Shown here: in pieces, positions 13,645 through 26,786 of the stretch
Position numbering within the stretch: position 1 is the stretch's first letter
Layout: each line of letters starts with the position of its first letter
DNA from: Sphyrna mokarran
Taxonomy: Eukaryota
DNA: 64,000 nt
Assembly: GCA_024679065.1 (NCBI GenBank)
Contig: JAGIQG010000001.1
Span: 106,888,001-106,952,000, forward strand
Reading direction: 5' to 3'
Translations under genes and position numbers: made by a program
The notes under the pieces: model-generated
What the model was told of the DNA's origin: nothing
What the model saw: only the letters and a program-made list of their open reading frames with translations
Databases searched by the model: none

Positions 13645-13710
13645 GTGAGGTGTTGTGAGAATTCTCACTGTGCTTACCCCAGTCCAACGTCGGCATCTCC
13701 CTGTCATGGC
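13645..13710 (+). mobile_element. PLE (family A) 3' tip inserted in Rex1
   Basis: ggtgttgtgagaattctcactgtgcttaccccagtccaacgtcggcatctccctgtcatg matches the family A terminus. Confidence 0.75.
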
Positions 13711-15658
13711 TATATAAGAAAGCCAGATATGATCTACGGAGATCCACCAAAGATACCAAAGGACAGTACCGGACTAAGTTAGAATGCCAGGCTAGTCAGA
13801 GAGACTCCCGACTATGGCAAGGTCTGCAAGCCATAACAGACTACAAGGCAGGTAAAAACACTGGCTCCAATGCACCCCTCCCCAGTGAGCTCAAAGCATT
13901 CTACGCCCGTTTTCAGCAAGAGGTCAGTGAGAGCACGCCCTTTGTCCTGGAAGCCTCTGATGAAGCTGTCACCATTGCTGATGTCAGAACAGCCTTCTCA
14001 AAAGTCAGCTACTGAAAGCGACTGGCCCAGTAGAGTTCCCGGATGAGCACTCAGGCCTTGTGCGGACCAGTTGGCAGTGGTATTTGCAGATATCTTTAAC
14101 CTCTCTTTACGTGAATCTGAGGTCCTGACAACCATTATTTCTGTACCAAAGAAAGGCCAGGCAGTATGCCTTAATGGCTATTGTCCGGTGGCTCTGACGT
14201 CCATCATTATGAAGTGCTTTGAAAGCTTAGCCATGGTACAGATCAATTCCTGCCTGCCAGACTGCCTGGATCCACTAGAGTATGCATGCCACTGTAACAG
14301 CTTCACAACAGACGCTATCTCCCTGGCCCTGCACTCAACCTTGGAATACATTGATAACAAGGACACCTACGTCAGACTCCTATTCACAGATTACAGCTCA
14401 GCCTTTAACACCATTATTCCTACAACACTCATCTCCAAACTTCATGGCCTGGGGCTTGGCTCGTCCGTCCACGACTGGATCCTAAACTCCCTAACTCACA
14501 GACCAATCAGTAAGGATAGGCAACAACATCTTCTTCACAATCATCCTCAATACCAATGCTCTGCAAGACTGTGTTCTCAGCCCTTCACCATATCCCTTAT
14601 ACACCTATGACTGTGTGGCCAAATTCCCCTTCAACTCAATTTTCAAGTTTCCTGATGACACCACCGTCATGGGCCAGATCTCATTTAATGACAAGACACA
14701 GTACAGGAAAACGAAACAGAATCTGGTGAACTGGTGCAACAACGATAATCTCTCCTTCAATGTCAACAAAATGAAGGAGATGGTCATCGACTTCAGGAAG
14801 CGAAGTGAAAGGCATACATCTGCCTATATCAATGGGGACAAAGAAGAAATGATTGAGAGCTTCAGGTTTTTAGGTGTCCAGATCAGCAGCAGTACGTTCT
14901 GGTCCCTCCATGTGGATGCTATAGTTAAGAAAGCCTAGCAACACCTCTTTCTCAGGAGACTAAGGAAATTTGGCATGTCCGCTTCAACTTCCACCAACTT
15001 TTACAGATGCACAAGGAAAGCATTATTTCTGGTTGTATCACAGTTTGGTATGGCTCCCGCTCAGCCCAAGACTGCAAGAAACTACAAAGGGTCATGAATG
15101 AAGCCCAGTCCATCATTCAAACCAGCCTCCTGCCCATTGACACTGTCTACCTTTCCAGCTACCTCAGAAAAGCAGCCAGCATAATTAAGGACTCCAGGCA
15201 CCCCAGACATTCTTCCTTCTACCTTCTTCCATGGAGAAAAAGATACAAAAGTCTGAGTATGCACACCAACCAACTAAAGAACAGCTTCTTCCCTGCTGCC
15301 ATCAGACTTTTGAGTAGGCTTAACTTGCATTAAGTTAATCTTTCTCTATACTCTAGCTATGGCTGTTCTTCTGCACTCCTTTCCGTCCCTATGTACGGTA
15401 TACTTTATCTGTATGGTGCACAAGAAACAACACTTTTCATTGTATATCAATCCAAGTGATAATAATAAATCAAAATAACAGCACAATAAAATGATTATTT
15501 GCTTTTTAAAATCTCATTGCTGGTTTGTGGGACATTTCATGTGCAGACTGCTCACTACTATTAACTACCTTATATCGTCAATATTTCAAAAGCTGTGGAG
15601 GGTTTTGGGGCATTGGGGCTGTGAAAGGCCTCATGTAAATGGGAATGGGCTCCCTTTC

Positions 15659-15755
15659 CTAGAATGTCTACAGTACAAAAAGAGGCCATTCGCTCCATCA
15701 AGTCTGCACCGACCACAATCTCACTTAAGGCCTATTCCCATAACCCTACATATCT
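15659..15755 (-). mobile_element. HE1-like SINE 3' fragment
   Basis: tagaatgtctacagtacaaaaagaggccattcg...gtctgcaccgaccacaatc. Confidence 0.7.
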
Positions 15756-17394
15756 GCCTGTGCAAAGGCTAAAATAATCTGAGGAATTGAGGGATGATTT
15801 ACCAATTAAATATAAAGCAACCAAAATAAAAACCTATGCAGCTTTCAAATGCCCAATTTTAAAAGAATTCCTGGAGGATAGGTATCTGATTATTTCTTAA
15901 CCTGCCTTCTAGTGACATGGCCATGGCATGAGAATTGTTTCAAACATAATGGGGAAAATACATTTCAATCAATTTGCTGAAATGAAGGACAATACTAATA
16001 AATATAATGTTACACTGCACTATCATGTTCCCTCCTCTACCTGCATCTGACTTTGGCTCTTTAAGGAATGAAGCAAACCAGCCTAGATATAACAAAAGGC
16101 AAGGAAAAAATTGTAAAGCATAGATGAAAAGCTGCCCTTCTACAAGAGCCAATTCTGTTAGGGCAGCCATCAACATCCAGATCAACTCCTAACAAATCAG
16201 TTACAAGTGCCTCAATAGAGCCTGACAGGCAAAGCAGGGACATAGTGTGCTGTGGGCAAACTGATCTTGGAAAAGATCTTGACACATTAATCACTACCCT
16301 GTCCAACAAATGCTGAAAGAGAATTCAAAACACGCACATTAACCCTTAAGATGAGGAAGAAGCTAAAACTCCATGAAGCCATCGTGCTAAACAGTCCATC
16401 AGAGCATTAATGATCAACATAAAATAACTCTCAATATAGCTAGTTCTGAGAGCATGGTCCAAACTGCTTTAGTTACATGTCACACAAGGCAAACTTTAAA
16501 ATAATACAATCCTCAGACAATACTATCCATTTTGTGTGGGAAAGTACAAGAAGTTCAATAGGTTACACAAAATCACAAAAATAAAAACTCTGAGTACATT
16601 CTCAATCCTTGATCTCCAGCCCACAGTGCCTTGTCGTACATCAGATGTGAACGAGCCATCTCACACTGATTGGCAAAAAATTTGGTAAATTCACTGTGTC
16701 TGCTGTAATATCAAAGCAAAACCCTGCACAATAACAATATGGAATACTGCTGTCATCTCAACTGTTGTTTATGTTACTTTAATTCACATGGGAAGGAGAC
16801 GACAAATTCACTTGTTGTGATGGAGTTTTCATTACTCTGTGCTATAATCAAGCGGGGAAAGGTTGTGGCCAGTATCCACAGATTGAAGCGGTTCCACTTC
16901 TTCACAAATCTCTGCCACCCAATCACCTTTGCTGTAACATAGCTCCACAATCATTGTCAGCTCCCAGTATGTCCTTTGCTCCGTGTATCAAGTGGTCAAA
17001 ATAAAAATCACAGGTACCAGAGTTTTTGATTGAACTACTGATGCAAACAGAAGTTTCCAAAAGAAGTATTTCATTATTGATTTATTTGATAGTATTACCA
17101 ACAAAATGAAGCAATAGCTAAAGGTGCAAACCATTCAACCTTCACAACAAAGTTATAACAAAACAAAAGGAAGATTTAACTACCACAAACCGCCACGTTC
17201 GTTGTTCGTGGAAACAGCAGCAGGGCTGTACAGTGCCGTAATTCAATCTTACAATTCAGGTGACATCGTGAACCTCTGAGACTAAATACTCCCTTTATAG
17301 AAACAAATGGAAACTGAAGCATCAACATGTTTCCAAAACAACTGCATTTAAACCATACCTACTTTGTGTGCACCCAGTAAAATACTGGATACAA

Positions 17395-17730
17395 CATCCC
17401 AGAGTCAATTCCTGATCTGCGATGAGTTAGCTGATCTTAGCTGATCTGAGTGGTTGAAGCAAAGTTGCAATTGGCCTCAACATTACTCAACCTGGGTAAG
17501 GAAAATCCTCTAGGATTCCTGCCCTTTGTATAGGAAGCCATTTTGGAAACTGGCTGTGTACAAACAATTGCGTAGAATTTGCCTGTGATAGCTGTGCAGG
17601 TCAAGTAAAAATCTGACAGTGTCAAGGTTCACATGGATGAGGTAGAAGACAGCATTTGGAATCTACATTCCACCATGAAACAAGATAAGAGGGAATGAAT
17701 GGAATAGGGACAGCCAGCACCTCTCTTCTG
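17395..17730 (+). mobile_element. LF-SINE-like ancient SINE
   Basis: gagttagctgatcttagc...caattggcctca...ggaaaatc resembles the LF-SINE consensus (recalled, not searched). Confidence 0.55.
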
Positions 17731-18658
17731 AACAATTTTGCAGAAGCTGATGCAAGGTGAAGAAAGCTTGACTATTCTCTCTCATCGCTGACATCTATTG
17801 TGGAAGCAAAGAACATGGGTACCCAATATTTCCAGGAATGGGTGAGGGATGCAGGGAGAGGGTGAAAGAGAGATGAGGGACTGAATATGCTGGGCACTGC
17901 AAGTTGCTGCCAAACTTACCAACGGGATGTCATTCTTTTGGGTCTGTTTTTCACCCGGCAGTTGACCAAATTGACAGACTGTCTGGCAACTGGGAGGACA
18001 TTAGCAGGGTCCCTTGTGGATGGCTCTCTACAACAGTTCTTTGGGGTAGTTGGGGTTCGGCACTACAGCCTGCAAGGATGGCAGAGGATTAATATTGATG
18101 ATGTCCAAAACTATGGCCAGCACATCTGTTTCTGGTGTATTTCAGGACCTCATTACGCTTTCTCCTGGGTATCAAAAAGGATTTTTGAGCCACCGCTCCT
18201 CTGTATTTTAACGTGAAACTGGCCAACTACAAGTCAGCATTAGCTAATAACCTGTAAACTTGAATACTTTTAGGTATTTTGTCGAATTTATATTAAAACG
18301 TAAGAAGGGATTTGGCATTGGTAATATAACCTGAAGTTGGAGTTTTATTTAACTGCTTCTTTAAAAAAACCAGCAGCAGTAAAAAATAAAGTAACATTAA
18401 GATAGTTGCGTGTTGCAACTATAATTCCAGAAATGTAGCTGGACTCTCAATTCCATACAACTCAAACCAGATTATTTTGAAAGGACACAGTAGGCTATTG
18501 GTGATGACTGGAGTAGCTAGGTGAGGATAGGATTAATAAAGTGGACGACGTGAAGGGACATTATAACATATTCTAACTGAATGCCAAGTGTTCCTAGATC
18601 TATGTTTAAACCACAGAACCACGAGAATCACCCAATCTACAGCTATGTCATCTACACC

Positions 18659-18816
18659 AAAGATGTGCGTGTTAGGTTGATTGGCCGTGTTAAAGCGTCC
18701 CTTATTATTGGGGAATTATCAAGGTAAATGCGTGAGGTTACAGGGATAGGGCCGTGGTGGAATTATTGTTGGTGCAAGTTCGATGGGCCTCTTTCTGCAC
18801 TGTAGGGATTCTATGA
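18659..18816 (+). mobile_element. HE1-like SINE 3' half
   Basis: ccaaagatgtgcgtgttaggttgattggcc...ttctgcactgtagggattctatga. Confidence 0.8.
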
Positions 18817-20849
18817 AAATCAGTGAAGATAACAAGGCCAGTAAGAAGTACATTTCGACCACATATTCTTGTTTCATTGTGAATATGTAACATGTTTGGA
18901 GTGCGAGACAGCTTGCTTGATAACAGCCAGGTGAAACTGCCCAGCCCTGCTTTAGAAATAGATCCTTAACCTGAGCAAGGAGGAAAAACCGTGAATACAT
19001 TTTAAGGGAATTCAAGAGTAAGTTGGTGTTAGGGTTTTTTCTGAACATCATAAGTTCATCAGCGAGAAAAACTGATGCTTCAAACCTTTGACTGTTATTT
19101 GGAATCAGGACGGGGGCTGATATGAACGGTGAAAAGAAGTGTCAGATACGGGAGAGACTGAGTGAGAGCTGGGTCAGAGAAGTGGGACTGGACCAGTAAA
19201 CAAACTCAGAAAGTGACTCCACAGCAGCAAAGCCCAGCAGAGGCAAAGGGAGACTCCAGCTCCTTAAGACTTTGCGATGCTTTACACATGTCTAATAGCA
19301 TCCAAAAATAGTCTGATAATATTTACTCTCCCAATATTCTGTCCAATTCAAAATCATTCACAACAGTTTTAAATTAAGTCCTTCTCAGAACCAACATATT
19401 AAAACCCATTGATATTTTAACACAGGCAAAGGTTTTACTAATTTGCATATCCCTGAAATTCAAACTCTTAAATGAGCTCCGCGAGTCTTCATTTACTTTG
19501 TACTATTTCACACAGCAGCTTTGGGAATGAAACTTTTTCAGTCACTTGTCAGAAACAAGCTAAAGCACATGCATATCCAAACCTTTCATGTGCCTACATG
19601 ATAGACTGGCATAACTAGCATGAAAGACGCTATTTAAAAACACATATAAATATACATTGCATAAGATGATTAATAAGTTGTCATTTTCTAAACTTACCTT
19701 TCTATTACAAATAGGTGAACAGATTTTATACCTCAGGCTAGGCCATAATATTAAAAAACATGCAGTCCAGATGCGTGTTCAACAGATTAAGGTATAGCTT
19801 TACAAGAACTTCAACTTCTGAGTCCATCTGAGTGACAGGAGCAACCCTGCTGGTGGGTATCTCAAAGAATATCTCCCACAATCGATCACTTCAATCTTCA
19901 AGTTAAGAAGGCAGCACTAAGGCAGACATGTCTCATTCCAAGATCCTTTTGGGGTGGGGGGGGTGCGAGGAGAAGAAAACTGTAAGATTTACCTGTGAAA
20001 ACTGCAAAGGGGTAAAAAACAACCTCAGAATTAAAATGAACAGCTTCGGAGAATGTTCGACCTGCAACATGAGACTTCCCTTTAGCCAACTGACTAAACT
20101 GCTCCCTCCTCCTGCATCAGGTAATCATAAAGCCAAACGTATCTGATTGGCTGTCAATTCCCTGGGCGATATTTGCATTACAATTAACTTCAAGCTCTCT
20201 GAAGCTTGAAAAACACATTCAAGTATCCAGCAGTGAGGGACTGTATTCCTGCACTAAAGCACCATGGATACTCTGTTTACTTAATGACTTTATCTACCAA
20301 AATGCTTCTTGAAGTCCATTAGGGCTCGTTAGATTTTAAGGGCTGCAGTGAAGATGCTTATCGGACAAATGCTGACAAAGTTAATAATCTCACATACGCC
20401 AAAGGATAAAGACAATTAGACTGATTTTTGTCAGCCCTACTCATGAAAACTTGATGGAATGCAGAGGCATTTAGTTCCTGAATAACACTGAACTCAGAGT
20501 TCCTTTATGGTGTTGGTGGTGTTAGCAGCATGAACAGGGAGCAGCAGTGTAATTTTAATGCAAATCTATGATCAGGGATCTTTGCCACTGGCTCTCTCAA
20601 ATAGCATCAGGTGCAATTCAAGGAAAACTACCCTCAATAAGTACCAGGGATTACTAAAAATTACAATACATAATTCAGCTCTCCTATAGCCTATTTTACC
20701 ACTCAATTATATGTCTGCTCTGAACTTTAAATTCATTGACCTGCCTTGGTTCCGTTACATTTAATGCTGAACGAGGCACTATTTACTTTAGTCATGAAAT
20801 TTTCAAATGACCCAAGGCTCTAAGCATTTAGGGCACAGGTTCCAGACCT

Positions 20850-21418
20850 ACAGTTAAAAAAGCCCACCATTACCTCCACTTTCTCAGGAGGCTAAGGAAA
20901 TTTGGCATGTCCATTATGATTCTCACTGATTTTTGTAGGTGAACCATAGAAAGCATTCTTTCCAGATGTATCATAGATTAGTATAGCTCCTGCTTTGATC
21001 AAGACCACAAAAAACTAAAAAGGGTTGTGAATGGAGCCCAGTCACGCAAACCAGCCTCTCATCTCTTGATTCTGTTAACACTTCCTGCTGCCTTGGAAAA
21101 ACAGCCACCATAATTAAGCACCCCAGACATACTCCCTTCCATCTTCTCCCATTGAGAAAAAGATACAAAAATCTGAGGACATGTTCCAACCAACTCAAAA
21201 CAGCTTCTTTCCTAATGACCTCAGACTTTTGAATGGTTCTCCCAATACTAAGTTACTCTTTCTCCTCACCCCATCGGTAACTGTAACACTACTTTTGCAC
21301 TCTAATCTTTCCTTCTCTTCTATGTCATCTATGTACAGTATGCTTTGTCTGTTTAGCATGCAAGAAACAATACTTTTCACTATATACCAAAACTATGACA
21401 ATAATAAATCAAATTAAA
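20850..21418 (+). mobile_element. Rex1/Babar LINE 3' fragment
   Basis: ttctcaggaggctaaggaaatttggcatgtcc..., colinear with 14930-15475, same 3' terminus. Confidence 0.85.
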
Positions 21419-22030
21419 TTTCCATTATCCTTTGTGAGAAGAAGTGCTTCCTGATGTCACCTCCGAACAGATTGACTCAAATTTGAAGTGCTGCTTTGAA
21501 ACAAGCCACTGGTAGGTGCACAAGAGCTGTTTGAGCTGCTCCCCTCTGAATTTCTCCCTCTTCCTGTGGGGAGATATTTGAAATCTGAACATCTCTTCTG
21601 ACAATAAATGTAAGATTGGGAACTTACTGCATTGACAATCATGGAATGCACTACTGATCTTTCAAACGGATCATACCACCATTTTCCCCCTGCACTTCCC
21701 CAGCTGGTGAGGTCAGGGATGAAAATCTACTGATATAAGGAGAGACATGAAGTATTGAGGCTATCTCTAATGGAGCAGTAAAGAACAACAGGAGGTTTAA
21801 GAAATGTTCTAAAAATTAATCAGTGCTGAGATTTCAAGCTGGGATAGGCGAGCAAAGAAATTCAATTTCATCTAGTTACGGAATCAATCACAGTTGCTCG
21901 TTAATTCAAAAATTATTACTAAAAGAATGAGGAGAGCTGTGTGGAGGAAGTTCTTTAAACATAGAGAATGACATGTTGAAAAGTGTTAATCCATGGGAAG
22001 TAACTGAGGCTGAGGAGAAGGGAAAAAAAG

Positions 22031-22158
22031 GGGCAAATTTTACTGGTTGGCCCAGCGCAGGAATTGGAGCTAGTCAGGGGCGCACAATAGAAATGTCCAT
22101 TGACATTGGGTGGGATTTTCTGGTTTTGGGGTGAACGAGGCCAGCAAATCTCACCCAA
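22031..22158. mobile_element. Small MITE-like element with GGGC-starting inverted ends
   Basis: gggcaaattttactgg ... ccagcaaatctcaccc imperfect terminal inverted repeats. PIF/Harbinger affiliation is an inference. Confidence 0.45.
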
Positions 22159-22411
22159 AACATTTGTATCGTTGTAGCATGGATAGAAAGCAATACAGTG
22201 GGTCAGCTTTGGATTACTCCAGCAAAGATATGAAGAACTAAGTGGCATTTTTTTATGTTGTAAGCTTTCACTGCTCATCTTGCGATATGGATGCCCAAGT
22301 CGGGAGAGCCTTTCACAGTTGTCTCAGTGGCATTCTTCGTGAATCAGCTATTCAATGAGTTTTGTTGTTGCCTGACCACAGAGCACATTATATAAATGCC
22401 TACTGCTGCTA

Positions 22412-23665
22412 TCAAAGAACAAAGAAAATGACAGCACAGGAACAGGACATTTAGGCCTCCAAATCTGCACCAACCATGCTGCCCAACTGAACTAAAACCC
22501 TCTACCCTTCGAGGGACTACATCCCTCTATTCCCATCCTATTCATGTATTTGTCAAGATGCCCCTTAAAATTCACTACTGAATCTGCTTCCACTACCTCC
22601 CCTGATAATGAGTTCCAGGCAACCACCACCCTTTGTGTAAAGTATCTGCCTTGTACATCTCCTTTAAACCTTGGCACTTGCATCTTAAATCTGTGCCCCC
22701 TAGTAATTGATTCTGCCACCCGGGGAAAAATGCTTCTGACTATTCACTCTATCCATGCCTCTCATAATCTTGTAGTCTTCTATCAGGTCGCCCCTCAACA
22801 TCTGTGTTTCAGTGAGAACAAACCAAGTTTTTCTAACCTCTCCTCATAGCTAATGCCCTCCACACTAGGCGACATCCTAGTAAATATTTTCTGTACCCTC
22901 TCCAAAGCCTCCACATCCTTCTGGTAGCGTGGCCACCAGAAGTGAATATTATATTCCAAGTGTGGCTAACTAAGGTTCTATAAAGCTGTAACATGACTTG
23001 CCGATTTTTAAACTCAATGCCCTGAACTATGAAGGCAAGCATGCCGGATACCTTCTTGAGTGCCTTTACCTGTACACTGAGATCCCTTTGTCTAACAATG
23101 CTCTTAAGGGTTCTGCCCTTTACTGTATATTTCCAATCTGGATTAGACCTTACAAAATGCATTACCTCACATTTATCCAGATTAAACTCCATCTGCCACC
23201 TCTCTGCCCAAGTCTCCGACTGATTTATATCCTGCTGTATCCTCTTATGGTCCTCATCATATCTGCAAATCCACTAACCTTTGTGCCATCCGCAAACTTA
23301 CTAATCAAACCAGTTACATTTTCCTCCAAATGATTTATATATATTACAAAGAGCAAAGGTCCCAGCACTGACCCCTGAAGAATGCCACTTGTCACAGTCC
23401 TCCATTCAGAAACACACCCTTCCACTGCTAACCTCAGTCTTCTTTGACTTAGCCAGTTTTGTGTCAACCTTTCCAGCTCACGTCTGATTCCACGCAACTT
23501 CATCTTCTGCACCAGTCTGCCATGTCAAAAGCCATGTAGACAACATCTACTGCCCTACTCTCATCAATCATCTTTGTCACTTCCTCGAAAAACTCGGTCA
23601 AGTTCGTGAGACATGACCTCCCCTTCACAATACGATGTTGCCTCTCACTAATAAGTCCACTTGTT
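22412..23665 (-). mobile_element. CR1/HER1 LINE 3' portion (RT, decayed)
   Basis: GRSCLTNLTEFFEEVT, VTSGILQGSVLGPLLFVIYIN, KFADGTK, MEFNLDKCEVMHF, FTQRVVVAWNSL. (TTCTTTG)-type tail at 22412. Confidence 0.92.
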
Positions 23666-23710
23666 TCCAATATCAAATTTTCTTCCCGAAGTTCAGGAAG
23701 AGGAGCTATG

Positions 23711-24053
23711 TCATAGAAAAATATCACAGAAATCCTACAGTACAGAAAAAGGCCACTGAGCCCATTGAGACTGCACCGACCACAATCCACCCAAGTCCTA
23801 CCCCCTACATCCATCAACTAATCCCTCTAACCTGCGCATCTCAGGACACTAAGGGGCAATATTAGCATGGTCAATCAACCTAACCTGCACATGTTTGGAC
23901 TGTGGGAGGAAACCGGAGTACCTGGAGGAAACACTCATAGATATGAGGAGAATGTGCAAACTCCATACAGACAGTGACCCAAGCCAGGAATTGAATCCAG
24001 GTCCCTGGAGTTGTGAAGTAGCAATGCTAATCACTGTGCTATTGTGCCGCCCC
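23711..24053 (-). mobile_element. HE1-like V-SINE, full length
   Basis: 5' ggggcggcacaatagcacagtgattagc, V-domain, CR1-like tail. Confidence 0.9.
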
Positions 24054-24143
24054 TGTTTTTGCTTCCTTTTCAGCTACAAAGCCTTGAGGCCAGTCACAGT
24101 TTACCCACAATTTTCAAATTCTCTCTGGCCAGGAGATGTACCA

Positions 24144-25397
24144 CAACATTAGGTTAAAGTCCAACAGGTTTATTTGGTAGTAAATACCACTAGCATTTGG
24201 AACGCTGTTCCTTCTTCAAGTGAGCGGAGAGTCCTGATCACAAACAGGGCATAAAAAGGCACACACAGTTTACAGAATACTGATTAGAATGCGAGTCTTC
24301 GCAGCTAACCTGCTATTCAAGTCTTAAAGGTGCAGACAACGTGAGTGGAGATGGCATTATGCATAGTTTAAAGAGATGCGTATTGTCTCCAGACAGGACA
24401 GTAAGTGAGATGTTGCAATTTCAGGCAAGTCATGGGGGGTTACTGATAGTGTGACATGAACCCAAGATCCAGGTTGAGGCCGTCCTCATGTGTGCGGAAC
24501 TTAGCTATCAGTTTCTGCTCAGTGACTCTGTGCTGTCATATGTCATGAAGGCCACCTTTGAGAATATCTACCCAATGATCAGAATGCCGCTGAAGTGTTT
24601 GCCAACAGGAAGGGAACAGTCTTGCCTGGTGATTGTTGAACATCTGCATAGTACATTAGGGGGGGATCATACAGACGGTACGACAGCAGATGAATGAACA
24701 CTGCTCAACAATCACCAGGCAAGATTGTTCTCTTCCTGTTGGCGAACACTTCAGTGGTCACGGCATTTGGCCTCTGATCTTCAGGTAAAATTCTCCAAAG
24801 TGGCCTTCATGACATATGACAGCACAGAGTCGCTGAGTAGAAACTGATAGCCAGGTTCCGCACACGTGAGCATGGCCTTAACCTGGATCTTGGATTCATG
24901 TCACACTATCAGTAACCCCCATGACTTGCCTGAAATTGCAACATCTCACTTACTGTCCTGTCTGGAGACAATACATATCTCTTTAATCTATGCTCAATGC
25001 TATCTGCACTCACATTGTCTGCACCTTTAAGACTTGAATAGTAGATTAGCTGTAAAGACTCATATTCTAATCAATATTCTGTAAACTGTGTGTGCCTTTA
25101 CGTGCCTTGTTTGTGATCAGAACTCTCCATTCACCTGAAGAAAGAACAGCGTTCCAAATGCTAGTTGTGTTTACTACCAAATAAACCTGTTGTACTTTAA
25201 CCTAATGTCAATCTCCTGGCCAGAGAAGATTTGAAAATTGTGAGTAAACTGTGACTGGCATCAAGGCCTTGTTGCTGAAAAGGGAGCAAAAACAGGGGCG
25301 GCCCGATAGCACAGTGGTTAAACCTGTGGACTTTAACCTGGTGTTGTGAGACTTCTTATTGTGTTCATCCCAGTTCAACGCCAGCATCTCCACGTCA
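24144..25397. mobile_element. Palindromic Penelope-like element (GIY-YIG C-terminus + 3' UTR, inverted-duplicated)
   Basis: Plus arm decodes YI(G)..QTVRQQMNEHCSTITRQDCSLPVGEHFSGH...KLIARFRTREHGLNLDLGFMSHYQ*, a PLE GIY-YIG endonuclease. The minus arm is its reverse complement. Imperfect 14-bp TSD caggagatgtacca/caggaaatgtgcca. Confidence 0.9.
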
Positions 25398-25499
25398 CAG
25401 GAAATGTGCCAGAGGACTGAAGATAGCTCATTGCGCCATTATTCAAGAAGGGAAATGGAGAAAAACAAGGTAATTGTACGTCAGCAAGTCGAACACCTG

Positions 25500-25930
25500 C
25501 GGTGGGGAAATTATTGGGAAAAAATTCTGAGGGACAGAATTAATCTCCACTTGGAGAGGTTAAGGGTTAATTGAGGATAGTTAGCATGGCTTTGTCAGGG
25601 GGTGATATGAATAGAGGGTTAATAACCATGAGGTACAGATTAAGGTAAGGGGCAAGAGATTTAGAAGGGGTTTGAGGAAAAGCTATTGTACTCAGAAGGT
25701 GGTGGGAATCTGAACTCACTGCCTAAAAGAACGGTATAGTTTGATGGCTCAATGGTACATTTCGTGACCCTCATAACATTTAAGCGGCATTTAGATGAAC
25801 ACATGAAATGCTATACATACAAAGCTATGGACCAAGTACTGGAAAGTGGGATTAGAATAAATAGGTGTTTAATGGCCAGCGCAGGCACAATAGGCCAAAG
25901 AGCCTCTTTCTGTGCTGTAAAACTCTGTAA
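25500..25930 (+). mobile_element. CR1 LINE fragment with internal deletion
   Basis: GKLLGKILRDRINLHLE then QHGFVRG-like sequence joined directly to 3' end motifs (cagaaggtggtgggaatctg..., ggccaaagagcctctttctgtgctgta). Confidence 0.7.
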
Positions 25931-26786
25931 AGTAGCACAGAGCAGTGATTTAAAGTAGAACTTTAGGGAAGCTCAATCCCATTGCATACGATGCATCTAC
26001 CAATGGAGACATCAAGACATGGCCATTTTGAAAAAGCTTTCCTGTGCAAAAAATATGAAAGCAGCTGAATGACAGGAAACAGAGAAGAGTGACGAATGGT
26101 CTGTTTTTTGGACTGAAGGATGGTATACAATGGGGTTTCCCCAGGATTCAGTGCTCTCCTTGATATATATTAACAACCCAGACTTGGGGTATATAGCACA
26201 ATTTCAAAATCTGCAGATGACATAAAAATTGGAAGTATGATGAAGTGTGAGGAGGAAATTGATAGATCACAACAGGATTTGGATAGGTAGGTGGAATAGC
26301 CAGACATGTAGCAAATAAAATTTAATGCAGAGAAATGTGAAGTGATACATTTTGGGGGAGGAATGAGGAAACACAGTGTAATATCAAGGGTTCAATTCTC
26401 AAGTGAGTGCAGGAAAAGATAGAGATCTTGGGGTATATGTATTCAAATTGTTGAAGGTAGATAAAAGGTTAATAAGGCACACAGGATCTTGGGCTTTATG
26501 AATAGAGGCAAAGAGTACAAAACAAGAACATGATGAACCTATAAAACAATGGTTCAGTTTCCACTGCAGTAATATAACAAATTCTGACTACCACACTTTA
26601 GAATTGATGTGAAGACTTTAGAGTGGATGCTGAAAAGATTTACAAAAATTGTTCCAAGGATGAGGGACTTCATTAATGTGAACAAACTAGAGAAACAGGA
26701 CTATTCTTTCAGAGAAACGGTCAAGAGGAGGTTTAACAGAGGCATTCAAATCATGAGCAGTGATTTCTGCTGGCAGAAGGATTGAA

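Larger units (their letters stand above)
12190..15475 (+). mobile_element. Near full-length decayed Rex1/Babar-clade LINE (APE + RT)
   Basis: APE motifs (NV*SLENKLDDL, RDCCVLC|LTE, AGDFN, NTLDHCFTNI) and RT motifs ([52 protein letters not shown]). 3' end caagaaacaacacttttcattgt...gtgataataataaatcaaa. Many stops and frameshifts; 5' boundary approximate. Confidence 0.9.

Noticed and set aside
14071-15333. ORFs of 179, 107 and 108 aa as host genes
   Set aside because: Frameshifted pieces of the Rex1/Babar RT.
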